Assembly (NCBI GenBank): GCA_963752595.1
Contig: CAVVYZ010000022.1
Coordinates: forward strand, 1-64,000
DNA from: an uncultured delta proteobacterium
GTDB taxonomy: Bacteria > Desulfobacterota > Desulfomonilia > UBA1062
Direction of reading: 5' to 3'
DNA: 64,000 bases
The notes beneath the pieces are model-generated. The model worked only from the letters and a program-made list of their open reading frames with translations. It searched no databases and had not been told where the DNA came from. The position numbers were made by a program, and so were the translations under genes. Below are positions 37,992 through 48,703 of this stretch, piece by piece (positions within the stretch are counted from its first letter, which is position 1; each line of letters starts with the position of its first letter).

Positions 37992-40900
37992 TCATGAGCT
38001 CCTGAACCTTTCGAATATCATATTTTTGATTACTTCAACATCCTCTCCGAGAAGCATCCTTACGGGCAGGCCCTTGAGATAATCGTCGCTCCAGGTGATA
38101 TTGTACTCGTCGATGAGGTTCTTGATGTCGCCGTACTTCTCTCCCAAGATCTCCTTTTTCTGTTCGATGCCCATTGCCTCGTTGTATTCCACGTGGAGCA
38201 GAAGAAGGTGTCCCACTATCTTCAGTGAATTCAGAAGCGGGATGATGATGATGGAGGCATGGTCCGATTTCCCCTCGCCTGCATAGACATCGCCGGTACG
38301 GACGATGGTTTTCTTGGTGCCCATGAGGGGGCCGGTGGTGTCAAATCTTGAGGGCATGCCCTCGGCGACTCCATTTTTCTTCGAGATTGTTATGGTGGAT
38401 GAATCATTCGGCTTACCCGCCCCATCGAGATCCCTGATGACATAGAGGGTGTAGCCGGTGATCTTCGTTATGGCCTCCTGAAGGCGTTTCAAGGTGAGCC
38501 CGTCTCTTGCCGGAATTTTCTCGATGGTGAACGAGAGTTCTTTGAGCGTTTCGAAGATGATGCCCCGGGGAGGCTCGATACGTCTGCTCGTGCCCACGGT
38601 CACGGTCTTTGCCTGGTGCCGGATCGCATCTACGGGCCGGGAGAGCTCATCGATGGCCCTAGCGATGGTCATGTCGAGCCTGTCGATGGGCGAAGAGGTT
38701 ACCTTGAGCTCGCCGTACTCGGTCCAGAAGTCTTCCAGAGGGAGCTTGCCCACCGCATATTTCATGAGCAGCACGATGTCTGAAGCGGTCTCTACATTCA
38801 TGTTGGACAGATGGCCCGAACGTCTCCAGGCGTTGAACGGGGAGCTGAAATCTTCCACCAGGCGGTAGAGGTCCTGGTCCTGGATGGAGTCGTAGAGGGA
38901 GAGCTTTCTGCTTTCCAGGCTCCGCATGATCTCGGCGAGGCTCGAGCGGAAGGTTCTGAAGGCGGCGGATTGGGAGTCGAGGCTGCAGGCGGCATAGTAT
39001 CCCCAGATGTGCCCTGCCAGGGTGTTAAGGATGACGGATTGGGGGAAGGATGACCTCGGCACATGGATCACGGACTCGGCAATCCTGTCGAACCGGTGCT
39101 CCCCCTCATCCACGATAACCACGACGCTGGATGAGTGCGCATTGAATATGGCCACATCCTTGATGATGTCCTCGAGCACCATTTCAGGTGTTCCTGCCGC
39201 GCACACGAGGATAAGGGGTTCCGAGGAGAGGTCGATGTGCTTCTTGTCCTCGATGATGTCCGAGGATATGGTCTTGTAGCAGAGCTCGCTCAGCTTTATG
39301 CGGATCTCGTCGGATGCCGTCTTGTTGGTGCCGCTTCCCACGACTGCCCAGTATTTCTTCTTTCTCGCCATGTCCCAGGCTGATTTCTTGATGGACTCTC
39401 TCTCGTTGATAACCCTGAGCATCAGCTTCGGGGCCTTCTCGAGCTGCACGAGTTCTTTTGCCACCAGGTTGTTCGGAAGTGAACGCAGTATCTGCGCAAA
39501 ATACAGGGAGAGGATATAACCGGCGGTTATCTGTGAGTAGAAGGCCTTGGTGGAAGCAACGGACATCTCGATGTCGCGGCCGTCGCTCGTGTAGAAGACG
39601 CCGTCCACCTTGGTCGTGATGTCGGACTGCCGCCTGTTTACGATGGCTATGAGATGGGCGCCCCTATTCCTGGCCATGGTGACGGCCCTGTTCGTGTCCG
39701 TGGTGGTGCCCGACTGAGTGATGGCGATGACCAGGGAGGCTGACATGTCATCGTCCAGGCAGAAGCCGCTCAGGTCCGATGCCTTTCTTGCCTGTACCGT
39801 GATATTCGTACCTTTGAGATAGATCCACAATGCCTCTGCAATGGCAGACCCGGCGATGGCTGCGGTTCCCTGACCAACCACGTAGATGCTCCTGATTTTT
39901 CCCGACGCCAGGGCTTCCCGGATCCTCTGGGGCACGACATCCTCGTCGAGGTTGAACGTAACGGCCTCGTTCTCGATGAGATACTTGCCCCGCATAGTCT
40001 TCCTGATGGACTGGGGGGCGTCGAGAATCTCCTTGAGCAGGAAGTGGGGGAACTCGCCCCGGTCGATGTCGCGGGTGGTTATCTCCGCACTCTGCACATC
40101 CTTTTGGCTGAGGTCGAGGGGATATCCGTCATAGTACAAGGCCTCGATCCCGGCAAGCCCGGGCCCTTTGTTGCTGTGAAGGATAAAAATCTGTCCTCTG
40201 CTTCTCTCGTTGCCCGGGATGTGCTCTTTCTCGCCGTCCATCTTGATGAAGTCCGGGGTCTCCTCCACGAGGCCGTAGACCTCGGATGAGAATACGTACT
40301 GGTGGTCGCAGATGCCCACGTAGATGGTCTGGCCGCTCCCTTTCTGGGCCAGGAAAACCTTGCCCGGCTCCAGGTTGCTCTCCATGGCAATGGCGTGGGA
40401 CCCGTCGAAATCGTTCAGCGCAAGGCGGAAGGCCTCCTTGAGATCATGACCGTCATAGAGATACCGCTCGATCTGCAAAGGGATTATCTTCGTATCCGTC
40501 GTAACCCTCGTATCGATGGACTTATCGACCGCTTCGAAATCCTTTTTCAGGACAGGGTAGTTGTCGATATCGCCGTTGAGCACAACGCTGATGGTCCAGG
40601 GCCCCTTTCCATAGAAAGGATACTTCTTCAAGCTCTGGGAGAAATTCCACTGGTCATCCCCGAAGGAGCCCACGCTGAAATTGTTTACCGGGTGGCAATT
40701 TGCCTCGTTGATGGAACCCACGGACGCCCACCTCGTGTGTGCCAGGTACATCTGGGTGTCCGGGGCATGCTCCACCGTGAGATGGAGGATGGCGTCTTCC
40801 TGGATGGACTTCCTGAGATTTTTCGTATTGTCCCCGAGGTCTCCGGTTATCTGTGCCGTCTTGTAGGTGAAGACAAGGGATTCGGGACAAAGGTTGATGG

Positions 40901-41699
40901 AGTTGTTCCAGAGGTCTCCGGGCGAGCAGCGCCGCACGAATTCCTCGTAGAGATCTTCGGATCTGATCTTGTCGATGACCTTTTTTATCTCTTTCGGGTG
41001 AGAGAACTGAAAGGAGAACTGTATTCCGCATGAATCCCTTCCGCGCACCTCAAGCCGGTCGAGGGCATTGAGGTTGAAATTGATCCTCTGGTACTTCTCA
41101 AAGGCACTCGAAGAGAGCTTGACGCCGTTTCCTCGGAGATCCGAGATCTTTTTCCGGTTCTTGAGCACATCCTCACGAAGACCCCAGGAGATGTCTTTCA
41201 GGTGGATGAGCCTCTTGGTCAGAACCTCCATCTCACGCGTGGAAAAGGAGACCGCTTTCTTCTCCAGGAGCTTTTCTTCACTGTCGGCGAAGTTCCCCAG
41301 ATCGCTGCAGAGGCCTGTCAGCCGGTCCAGGGAGGACTTGTGGAAGAGTCTCCACTGGTCCTGGGGACTCTGCTTCAGGCCGTAGAGATCCTTATCAAAA
41401 GTGGAGAGCACCTCGGGGTTGAGATAATCCTTTGGCTCAAAGGACCCGGCAAAAATCTTCTCAAGCGATCTCTCCTGAACCCGCCCGAAATGGTCAGAGA
41501 GCCTTTTCACGGTATGATCAGCATGGGGTGTGTCTTTGCCTTTGATAATCAGGACACCTGCCAGACCGCAGGTGAGCACATCGGGCATGCACGGGAAGAG
41601 GGTAATGGTCCGGCCGGGCAGCAGATCAGGGTTTCGCCCGATATGGAATCTCCATTTCCCCGCATTCTGCATAAGGGTGCTGATAATGCTTTTCATCAT
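37992..41699 (-). CDS. Giant GlmS-like protein (class II GATase + two SIS domains + extensions), 1235 aa
   Basis: CGLAG, LEVRGRDS, HTRWAS, NCHP, NGDIDN, TDT, QSGTT.DT, SVASTKAF, IKLSELCY, DKKH and AKTVTV map onto GlmS motifs. Confidence 0.88.
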   Translation of the reverse strand: MMKSIISTLMQNAGKWRFHIGRNPDLLPGRTITLFPCMPDVLTCGLAGVLIIKGKDTPHADHTVKRLSDHFGRVQERSLEKIFAGSFEPKDYLNPEVLSTFDKDLYGLKQSPQDQWRLFHKSSLDRLTGLCSDLGNFADSEEKLLEKKAVSFSTREMEVLTKRLIHLKDISWGLREDVLKNRKKISDLRGNGVKLSSSAFEKYQRINFNLNALDRLEVRGRDSCGIQFSFQFSHPKEIKKVIDKIRSEDLYEEFVRRCSPGDLWNNSINLCPESLVFTYKTAQITGDLGDNTKNLRKSIQEDAILHLTVEHAPDTQMYLAHTRWASVGSINEANCHPVNNFSVGSFGDDQWNFSQSLKKYPFYGKGPWTISVVLNGDIDNYPVLKKDFEAVDKSIDTRVTTDTKIIPLQIERYLYDGHDLKEAFRLALNDFDGSHAIAMESNLEPGKVFLAQKGSGQTIYVGICDHQYVFSSEVYGLVEETPDFIKMDGEKEHIPGNERSRGQIFILHSNKGPGLAGIEALYYDGYPLDLSQKDVQSAEITTRDIDRGEFPHFLLKEILDAPQSIRKTMRGKYLIENEAVTFNLDEDVVPQRIREALASGKIRSIYVVGQGTAAIAGSAIAEALWIYLKGTNITVQARKASDLSGFCLDDDMSASLVIAITQSGTTTDTNRAVTMARNRGAHLIAIVNRRQSDITTKVDGVFYTSDGRDIEMSVASTKAFYSQITAGYILSLYFAQILRSLPNNLVAKELVQLEKAPKLMLRVINERESIKKSAWDMARKKKYWAVVGSGTNKTASDEIRIKLSELCYKTISSDIIEDKKHIDLSSEPLILVCAAGTPEMVLEDIIKDVAIFNAHSSSVVVIVDEGEHRFDRIAESVIHVPRSSFPQSVILNTLAGHIWGYYAACSLDSQSAAFRTFRSSLAEIMRSLESRKLSLYDSIQDQDLYRLVEDFSSPFNAWRRSGHLSNMNVETASDIVLLMKYAVGKLPLEDFWTEYGELKVTSSPIDRLDMTIARAIDELSRPVDAIRHQAKTVTVGTSRRIEPPRGIIFETLKELSFTIEKIPARDGLTLKRLQEAITKITGYTLYVIRDLDGAGKPNDSSTITISKKNGVAEGMPSRFDTTGPLMGTKKTIVRTGDVYAGEGKSDHASIIIIPLLNSLKIVGHLLLLHVEYNEAMGIEQKKEILGEKYGDIKNLIDEYNITWSDDYLKGLPVRMLLGEDVEVIKNMIFERFRSS

Positions 41700-42000
41700 A
41701 TTTTATCTTTATGTGGGAACCGCCTTCAATTTCAGATCCCGTGTCGCATGATAGTATGTTTTATCGCTACCTTGCAATAGAAAATCAAGAGGGCATCGGG
41801 CATGCACGGGATGAGTGCAATGGTCCGGCAGTGCAGCAGATAGGGGTTACGCCCGATAGGGAAACACCATTTACCGGCGTTCTGCATAAGGGTGCTGATA
41901 ATGCTTTTCATCATATTCTATCTCTACGTGGAAGCGGTCTTTAGTTTCAAATCCCGTATCCTATGCCTATAATAATATGTTTCATCGCTACCTTGCAAAA
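41580..42000 (-). repeat. Diverged tandem duplication (~215-bp period) of the GlmS-like 5' region
   Basis: 41580-41780 aligns with 41795-42000. Copy 2 encodes MMKSIISTLMQNAGKWCFPIGRNPYLLHCRTIALIPCMPD (ORF 41732-41914). Confidence 0.92.
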
Positions 42001-42024
42001 TTAACTAAACATGAAGCAGTATCT

Positions 42025-43161
42025 TCAAGAGCTTCTATGACGCTTCATTTCTTCCCTAAACTCGGCAAAGAGGTAATGCGAATCGTGAGGCCCGGGAGAT
42101 GCCTCTGGATGGTACTGGACGCTGAAAGCCTTCACGGAATGATACCTGATGCCCTCCAGCGTGTTGTCGTTGAGATTTACATGGGTTACCTCTGCATCAG
42201 AAGGCAGGGTCCCGCTGACCACAACAAACCCGTGGTTCTGGGAAGTGATCTCTATCCTGTTGTTCTTAAGATTCTTGACCGGTTGGTTGGCCCCGTGATG
42301 GCCGAACTTGAGCTTCTCGGTTCTGGCCCCCAGAGCCTGACCCAGGATCTGGTGGCCCAGGCATATGCCGAATATGGGGACTTTGCCCAGCAGGCCCTGT
42401 ACTGTTTTGATCTCGCTGTGCAATGGCTCCGGATCGCCGGGGCCGTTGGAAAGGAGCACCCCGTCCGGCTCCAGAGAGAGTATCCGATCGGCACTTGTGT
42501 GGCAGGGCATGACGACAACCCGGCACCCGGTTTGCTCCAGGCTTCTCAGGATGTTGAACTTTACCCCGCAATCGAGGACCACGACCCGTAAATCACCGTT
42601 TTTCGCCGGTAGCGGTTCAGCTGGCAGGGCCGATCCTCCCTTCCAGAAGTACGGCTCCGTGCTGCTCACCTGCGATACGATATCGCGGCCCACGAGCCCG
42701 GGATACTTGCGGAGCTTTTCCAGCAGCTCGGGAATCCTGTTCGCATCGGACGATACGATGCCGCACATGGAGCCGCGGGAACGAAGCCTCCTGGTCAGGG
42801 CTCTGGTGTCGATGCCTTCCACGCCGATCTTGCCGTGTTCTTCCAGATAACTTTTAAGGGTTTTTTTCGATCTCCAGTTGCTGGGAACAGCCTGGTATTC
42901 TTTTACAATGAAGCCCTCAAGGTGGATCTTCCGGGATTCCATATCCTCTTCATTGATCCCGTAGCTCCCGATGAGCGGATAGGTCATGACAAGGATCTGC
43001 TCTTTGTACGAGGGATCGGTGAGCACTTCCTGGTAGCCTGTCATGGCGGTGTTGAATACCACCTCTCCGATGGCGTCATCCCGGTCGGCAAACACGCGGC
43101 CTTTAAAGACCGAACCGTCTTCCAGGACAACGACAGCCGCTTTTTTATTTCGTAACGACAA
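42025..43161 (-). CDS. carA: Carbamoyl-phosphate synthase small subunit
   Basis: GEVVFNTAMTGYQE, LSNGPGDP, GICLGHQ, SQNHGF and QYHPEASPGP. Confidence 0.97.
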   Translation of the reverse strand: MSLRNKKAAVVVLEDGSVFKGRVFADRDDAIGEVVFNTAMTGYQEVLTDPSYKEQILVMTYPLIGSYGINEEDMESRKIHLEGFIVKEYQAVPSNWRSKKTLKSYLEEHGKIGVEGIDTRALTRRLRSRGSMCGIVSSDANRIPELLEKLRKYPGLVGRDIVSQVSSTEPYFWKGGSALPAEPLPAKNGDLRVVVLDCGVKFNILRSLEQTGCRVVVMPCHTSADRILSLEPDGVLLSNGPGDPEPLHSEIKTVQGLLGKVPIFGICLGHQILGQALGARTEKLKFGHHGANQPVKNLKNNRIEITSQNHGFVVVSGTLPSDAEVTHVNLNDNTLEGIRYHSVKAFSVQYHPEASPGPHDSHYLFAEFREEMKRHRSS

Positions 43162-43329
43162 AGAAACCCTCCTGTCCGCTCATGCTTCCCCATGCGGACT
43201 TCAGCCCGGGATCCTGAACCCCCCGGGCGGAAAAATTTATCCTTCTTTACAGGAGCGGAAGGCAGTTATCAATCTTATATTTCTTACCGTTTGATACCGG
43301 ATTTGCATTTCCCTTCCGCCCATTTATGG

Positions 43330-45663
43330 CTATTCCATGGGTTTATTTTCCATGAGCTCCCAGATCCCGCACGGGCATGCGCCTGCACAGAATCCGCAGC
43401 CTATGCACAGATCTTCGTCAGCCATGTATTCATAGTCACCTTGCTGAAGGTCCCTCCGTGAAATAGCCTGCTGCGGGCAGAGGGCTTCGCATACACCGCA
43501 GTCTCTGCATCCGCCGCAGGAGGCGCACTGCGTAGCGCACCGGCCTATGTCGGAACCGGCCTGTACACGCGGATCATAGTACTCCATTTTTACCCTGCCG
43601 GTGTCGATGGAAGGCAGCCGGTCATAGGTATCGTCGGTTCCGGACAGGCGTGCATCAATCGCCTTGGCAGCCTTTCTGCCCGCCCCGATCGCATCGGTGA
43701 GCAACCCGGGTTTCACGGTATCGCCGATGGCAAATACCCCGGCATCGGTTGTCCGGAAAGAATCATCTACCACGATGAATCCTTTCCTGCTGTCGATGCC
43801 TTCCGGCAGGAAAGAAATGTCCGGCTGATCGCCGAGGGCGAAGACGACCATGTCTGCCTTCAGGACTCTTCCGTCGGCAAGCGCGACCCCTTTTGCGGTG
43901 ATTGCCCTGGTGAATACCGGCCAGAGGAATTTCGAGCCTGCCTTCTCGGCCTCCTGGCGTTCCTTGCCGAACGATGCAGGCTCCTGGATATCGATGAGGG
44001 TGATGTCATGAGCCCCCAGGCGATGCGCCTCGGTGGCCACATCGCATCCGACGTTGCCTGCTCCGATAATCACAAGGCGCTTCCCTGCCTGGATACTGTC
44101 TGTCTTCGAACGGTGAAGGAATTCCAGAGCGGTAAGGGCCCGTTCATACCCCTTGATCTTCAATGTCCGGGGCATCTGTGCTCCGGTTGCGATGACCGTG
44201 TAATCATGACTGTCTCGGATTTCGAGGAATTTCTCCCTGTCCAGGTCGCGTTCGAACTTCCGGTACGGGATCTTGGCCGAGATCCTCTCCAGTTCCTGCT
44301 CGTAGAGATCTCTGGGAAAGCGGTTGTGGGGGATGGCAGAGGTTATCTTGCCTCCGAGCGAATCCGCCCTGTCAAAAATGACCGGCTCGTGGCCGTCCAT
44401 CCACAACTGCCAGGCAACGGATAAGCCGGCCGGCCCTCCGCCGATTATGGCGATTTTTTTCCCGGTCGGCCGGTGGGCTTCCGGTTCATGGACATTGCTG
44501 CTCGCTTTTCCGAGCACGGTCACATCGATCGCAGGCAGGAAATGCTTTGTTTTCGTGCAGCCGTCCATGCACAGATTCGGGCAGAGGTACCCGCACACGG
44601 TCGCAGGGAACGGCGTGTATCGGAGGGCAAGGTCCAGCGCCTCATCCATCCGGCCTTTCCGGATAAGCTCCCACCTTTTCTGCACCGGGATGCCGGTCGG
44701 GCAGTTTTCCTGGCAGGGCGGAATATACTTGTGGTTCTCCCAGGAGGGTACGAATCTGCGCAGAGTGCCCGTAGCGATGAGAGGGATCGGGCTGCGGTCT
44801 ACATCGGACAGGTCTCCGATCAAACCGCCCTTCCCCAGTTCCTGATCCCACACCTGGGAACGGAACTGTGACATCGCCATGCGCTTTTTCCCGGCCTTCT
44901 CGTGCGGCTGCAGCGCAACGAGAAGCTGCCACTCGGACCGGTCCCTGGTAAGTTCCTCAAAAAGCTCTTTATAGTGGATGGCCTTGAGGAAGTCCTTCAT
45001 GTTCGTGGTGAGCCATTCCCAGTCGGCATCAGAGATTTGTACGAGCTTGGCATCCCCCTGGCTGTACCCCTTGTGCGGCCCTTTGAAAAAGATCTTGCCT
45101 CCGACCATTCCGACGCAGGGCCTGTGGCCGAGGATATTGTCCCGGTAGTGGGAATCGACACCGCAGATTACCGCAACGCCTCCCGCCATGAACTCTGCGA
45201 AGGAATCGCCCACGCCGCCTAAAACCCACAGTTCGGGCGGGGTATAATGTGGATTGCTCTTCGTCATGGTCATGCCGCGGGCTCCGATGTCTCCTGCTAT
45301 GCAGACCTTGCCCTGGGCCATGGCGTTGGCAACGCCGTTTGTGGCATCGCCGTGGATAACGATGGTGGCACCTGCATTGAGCCACCCCACATCATCCGAA
45401 GCCGGTCCGTGCACTTCGATATAGGTCGTGGGCAAGCCCATGGAACCGACCCGCTGGCCGCTGTACCCGTAAATGTCGATCAGCGCAGTCTCGGAATCCG
45501 TTTTCCAGAGTCTTCCGCCGATACCGTGCTGGCCGAAGGCCTGTACCCCGATATTCCGGTAACCCTTTTCCACAGCCTCCTGGATTCGCTCCTCCAGGAC
45601 TCTGGATTCGATCCTGATATCGTTCTCTACACCCGAGATGATGATCTTTTCTTGCCGGCTCAT
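43330..45663 (-). CDS. Glutamate synthase subunit: GXGXG domain fused to GltD-like FAD/Fe-S oxidoreductase and a 2x[4Fe-4S] ferredoxin
   Basis: N-terminal GXGXG repeats (AEFMAGG, GMVGG), CQENCP/CGYLCP..C, GGGPAG, GAGNVG, and C-terminal CxxCxxCxxxCP twice. Confidence 0.88.
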   Translation of the reverse strand: MSRQEKIIISGVENDIRIESRVLEERIQEAVEKGYRNIGVQAFGQHGIGGRLWKTDSETALIDIYGYSGQRVGSMGLPTTYIEVHGPASDDVGWLNAGATIVIHGDATNGVANAMAQGKVCIAGDIGARGMTMTKSNPHYTPPELWVLGGVGDSFAEFMAGGVAVICGVDSHYRDNILGHRPCVGMVGGKIFFKGPHKGYSQGDAKLVQISDADWEWLTTNMKDFLKAIHYKELFEELTRDRSEWQLLVALQPHEKAGKKRMAMSQFRSQVWDQELGKGGLIGDLSDVDRSPIPLIATGTLRRFVPSWENHKYIPPCQENCPTGIPVQKRWELIRKGRMDEALDLALRYTPFPATVCGYLCPNLCMDGCTKTKHFLPAIDVTVLGKASSNVHEPEAHRPTGKKIAIIGGGPAGLSVAWQLWMDGHEPVIFDRADSLGGKITSAIPHNRFPRDLYEQELERISAKIPYRKFERDLDREKFLEIRDSHDYTVIATGAQMPRTLKIKGYERALTALEFLHRSKTDSIQAGKRLVIIGAGNVGCDVATEAHRLGAHDITLIDIQEPASFGKERQEAEKAGSKFLWPVFTRAITAKGVALADGRVLKADMVVFALGDQPDISFLPEGIDSRKGFIVVDDSFRTTDAGVFAIGDTVKPGLLTDAIGAGRKAAKAIDARLSGTDDTYDRLPSIDTGRVKMEYYDPRVQAGSDIGRCATQCASCGGCRDCGVCEALCPQQAISRRDLQQGDYEYMADEDLCIGCGFCAGACPCGIWELMENKPME

Positions 45664-45672
45664 GTGTGCTCC

Positions 45673-47310
45673 CTAAACAACGTGTTTGATCTTGAGTCGC
45701 TCCGCAGTATGGTAGTCATCGATGCCGATGGCATCGGACATGCCGATGGGGAGCGAAGTGGATCTCCCAAGAGGTGCGAGGATCTTCTTGAGTTCGGAAT
45801 CAAAGCTCAGGAATACATCCACCACCCTCTGGGCAACGTCTTCCGGATCGAGGCGGCGGTAGAGCCTCGGGTCCTGGGAGGTTATGCCTTTCGGGCACAG
45901 GCCGATGTTGCAGATATTGCACCGGTCATTCTCCGAGCCGACGCACCCTGCAGCGGCCTGCATCATATATTTGCCGACCTGTACGCCGCTCGCACCGAGC
46001 ATGATCAACGCAGCAGCGTTGGCAGCGAGGTTTCCGTTTTTCCCGATACCGCCGCCTGCGAAAATGGGGATCTCGTTCTGTTTTCCGATCTTCACGAGAT
46101 TGAGGTATGCATCGCGTATATTGCTGGCTATGGGATGGCCCATGTGATTCATGGAGACGTTGTAGGCAGCGCCTGTTCCGCCGTCCTCGCCGTCTATGGC
46201 GAGCGCTGCGGCATACGGGTTGCGGGCAAGGTTATTGAGGACTGCCAATGAAGTCGTGGTCGCGGATATCTTGGGATACACAGGCACCCGGAAGCCCCAG
46301 GCCATGTACATGGACTGGATCATCTTGGCCACGGATTCCTCGATGGAATACTTGGTCTGGTGAGTCGGGGGCGAAGGCAGGCTCACCCTCGGGGGAACTC
46401 CCCGGATGGCGGCGATGAGCTTGTTGACCTTGTGCCACATGAGCAGTCCGCCGTCACCGGGTTTTGCGCCCTGGCCGTACTTGACCTCGATTGCACAGGG
46501 GTCTTCCTTCATCTCGGGCAGGGCATGGATGATCTCGTCCCAGCCGAAATACCCGCTCGCTATCTGGAGGATGACGTACTTGATGAAGCGCGACTCAGAA
46601 GCCTCGGCGGGCAGCCTCCTTCGCCGGTGCACATCCTGACGGGCATGCCGAGTTCTTCATTCAGGTACGCAACGCCCATCTGGAGCCCTTCCCACATGTT
46701 GGGCGAGAGGGCGCCGAAGGACATGCCGCCGATGATCAGCGGGTAGATCTCCCGTACCGGCGGTATCCAGCCTTTCTTTGATGAAGACTTGATCATTCTT
46801 CGGGGGGCAGGATCCTGCCCAGAAGGGTCCTCAGCTCGAACTCGTGCCTGCCTGCATCCAGCGCAGGGTCCGTGAGCATGGAGATCCGGACGAACTTGAT
46901 GCGGTCGAGCAGGCTTCGCAGAGTCGTTCCTCCGGCCGCCCCTGCGTCTCGGCTCGCCGTTCGCATTGATATGAAACCTGAGCTTGTCGATCTCCTCGTT
47001 GCGGACAGGGTAGATGGCGCTAGTTGGGGCAGACCAGCGTGCACATGCCGCACCCGATGCATGCATGGCCGGGTCGGTGACCTGACTGATCCCGTGATAG
47101 ACGCCATATACATTCCTGGGCTTTCCGGTCAGGCCCACGGACGTTGGGTATCTCGCTCTTCCGGTGCACACCCAGCTCGATTGCCTGCAGCGGGCACACG
47201 GCCGTGCAGTGTCCCGCACAGCGTGCACTTTTCCTTATCCCAGAGGATACTGCCACAGGAGATCCTTGCGTGCTTAGTGTGGATGGGTGCAGGGTTCCCA
47301 TTGGTTCCAT
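45673..47310 (-). CDS. Glutamate synthase FMN-binding subunit with N-terminal ferredoxin, frameshifted
   Basis: GGMSFGALS, TGEGG, QIASG.FG, EVKYGQGAKPGDGG, DGEDGGTGAA and C...CPKGITSQDP. Confidence 0.9.
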
Positions 47311-48406
47311 CTCTTGACCTCTATCTCGTGCATGCATCTACAAATGCGATGTCGTACTTCATTGGCTGAAATTCGTAGTTCTTTTGTCCGGTCGGGGATG
47401 GCCTCTTCAAGCCCGCACATCTCGGAAGAAAAGGCGAATACTGCCCGGCTTCCGCCCACCACACCCGGCCTGAGCTTCTTGCTGTCATGGACCATGAAGA
47501 GGGTTTTGTCGGGCAGGCAGCCGATGACGCAATTCGGCCCGTCAATGGTGAGGAACCTGCAGCTGTGCTTGAGCTGGCGCAGGAATGGCCTGTCCGGATG
47601 CCTTAGAGCTCCTCGTCTTTGAGCGGCGTAATGATATGCTTATATGCATCCAGCCCCAGTCCCAGGCTGTTATGGTGTAGTGCAGGATGTGGGTGAATAC
47701 CTCGGAATCCGATTGATAGCCCATATATCCCGGGATAACCCCTGGAGGTGAGATATTCCCGTATGGGCATGAACGCGGTATTCTCTCCGTTGGTCATGGT
47801 GGCAAGCCCTGGAGGAAGAACGGATGGCAGGCATACAGGGTGATGGCGTAGTTCGTGTTCTGCCTCCCCTGGGCCATGATGATCCGTGCCTTGAGACCTT
47901 TGCGGTCAAGGCCGAGGTACTCGGCGATCTCCATGGGGTCCCCCACTTCCTTGATCATGATGATGTCGGGCCAGAAGGAGAAGACCATCATGGAGCCGTC
48001 TTCTTCACCCAAGCTTCTCAGGTCGATCCTGATCTGCATGAGCCTTCTGTGATCTCTGCCTCGCTGAAAGCCCGTCCCAATCGTAGGGATATTCATATAC
48101 CCGGATGAGGTATACGTCCCTTTCGGGTGTGCCCGCCGGCGGTTCCGTGGAAGGGCGGATGGAGAATTTGAATTTGGTGAGCAGTCCGAGCTCCATCATA
48201 TAGCGGTCGAGCTTCTTGATCCCTTCCTGGGAAAAGATCCCGGAGAGGATGGGCGAGCCTTTGAACGGCTCCAGATCTCCGCCCAGATCGGTCATGAAGA
48301 TGCCGACGCCTGAGCCGTCATGGCCTTCTTTCATGACGTCCAGTGCCCGCATTGCCACCATGGGAGAAATGGGTTCTTCACTGGTTATGGCAAACAATCG
48401 GCACAC
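47274..48406 (-). CDS. Glutamate synthase class II amidotransferase subunit, many frameshifts
   Basis: N-terminal MCRL (Ntn Cys2), GHDGSG, QGRQNTN, HPF, NGENT, SDSEV and KLRP. Confidence 0.85.
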
Positions 48407-48703
48407 GGTTTCATATCTCCTCCTTGCTGTCTATCTTGTATCCGTATCTGGTGCGAGAATCCATGCCACCCGGCGTGATTGCCGTGCGTCTTTTACAGAC
48501 ACTACGATATAGATTTGGTCAACTCAATGATTTCAGGGATATATATAGTAAACGGTCGAATCAATCGATCTGTCAGATTATTTGTCGCATTAATCATCTA
48601 GTACTCATATGCTCCATTTTTTAATATTGTTAATAGCCCCTATATTGAACAATATTGTTATACAACCTCTCATTCATATGACTGCTCGCTGCGTATGCGG
48701 GAA

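Noticed and set aside
41580-42000. Duplicated segment as a DGR template/variable repeat pair
   Set aside because: Mismatches involve all four bases rather than adenines only, and there is no reverse transcriptase in the window.
48452-48468. Sigma54 promoter for the glutamate synthase genes (TGGCATGGATTCTCGCA, minus strand)
   Set aside because: Spacing is GG-N11-GC, one base too long. It could be an indel error, but it cannot be supported as sequenced.
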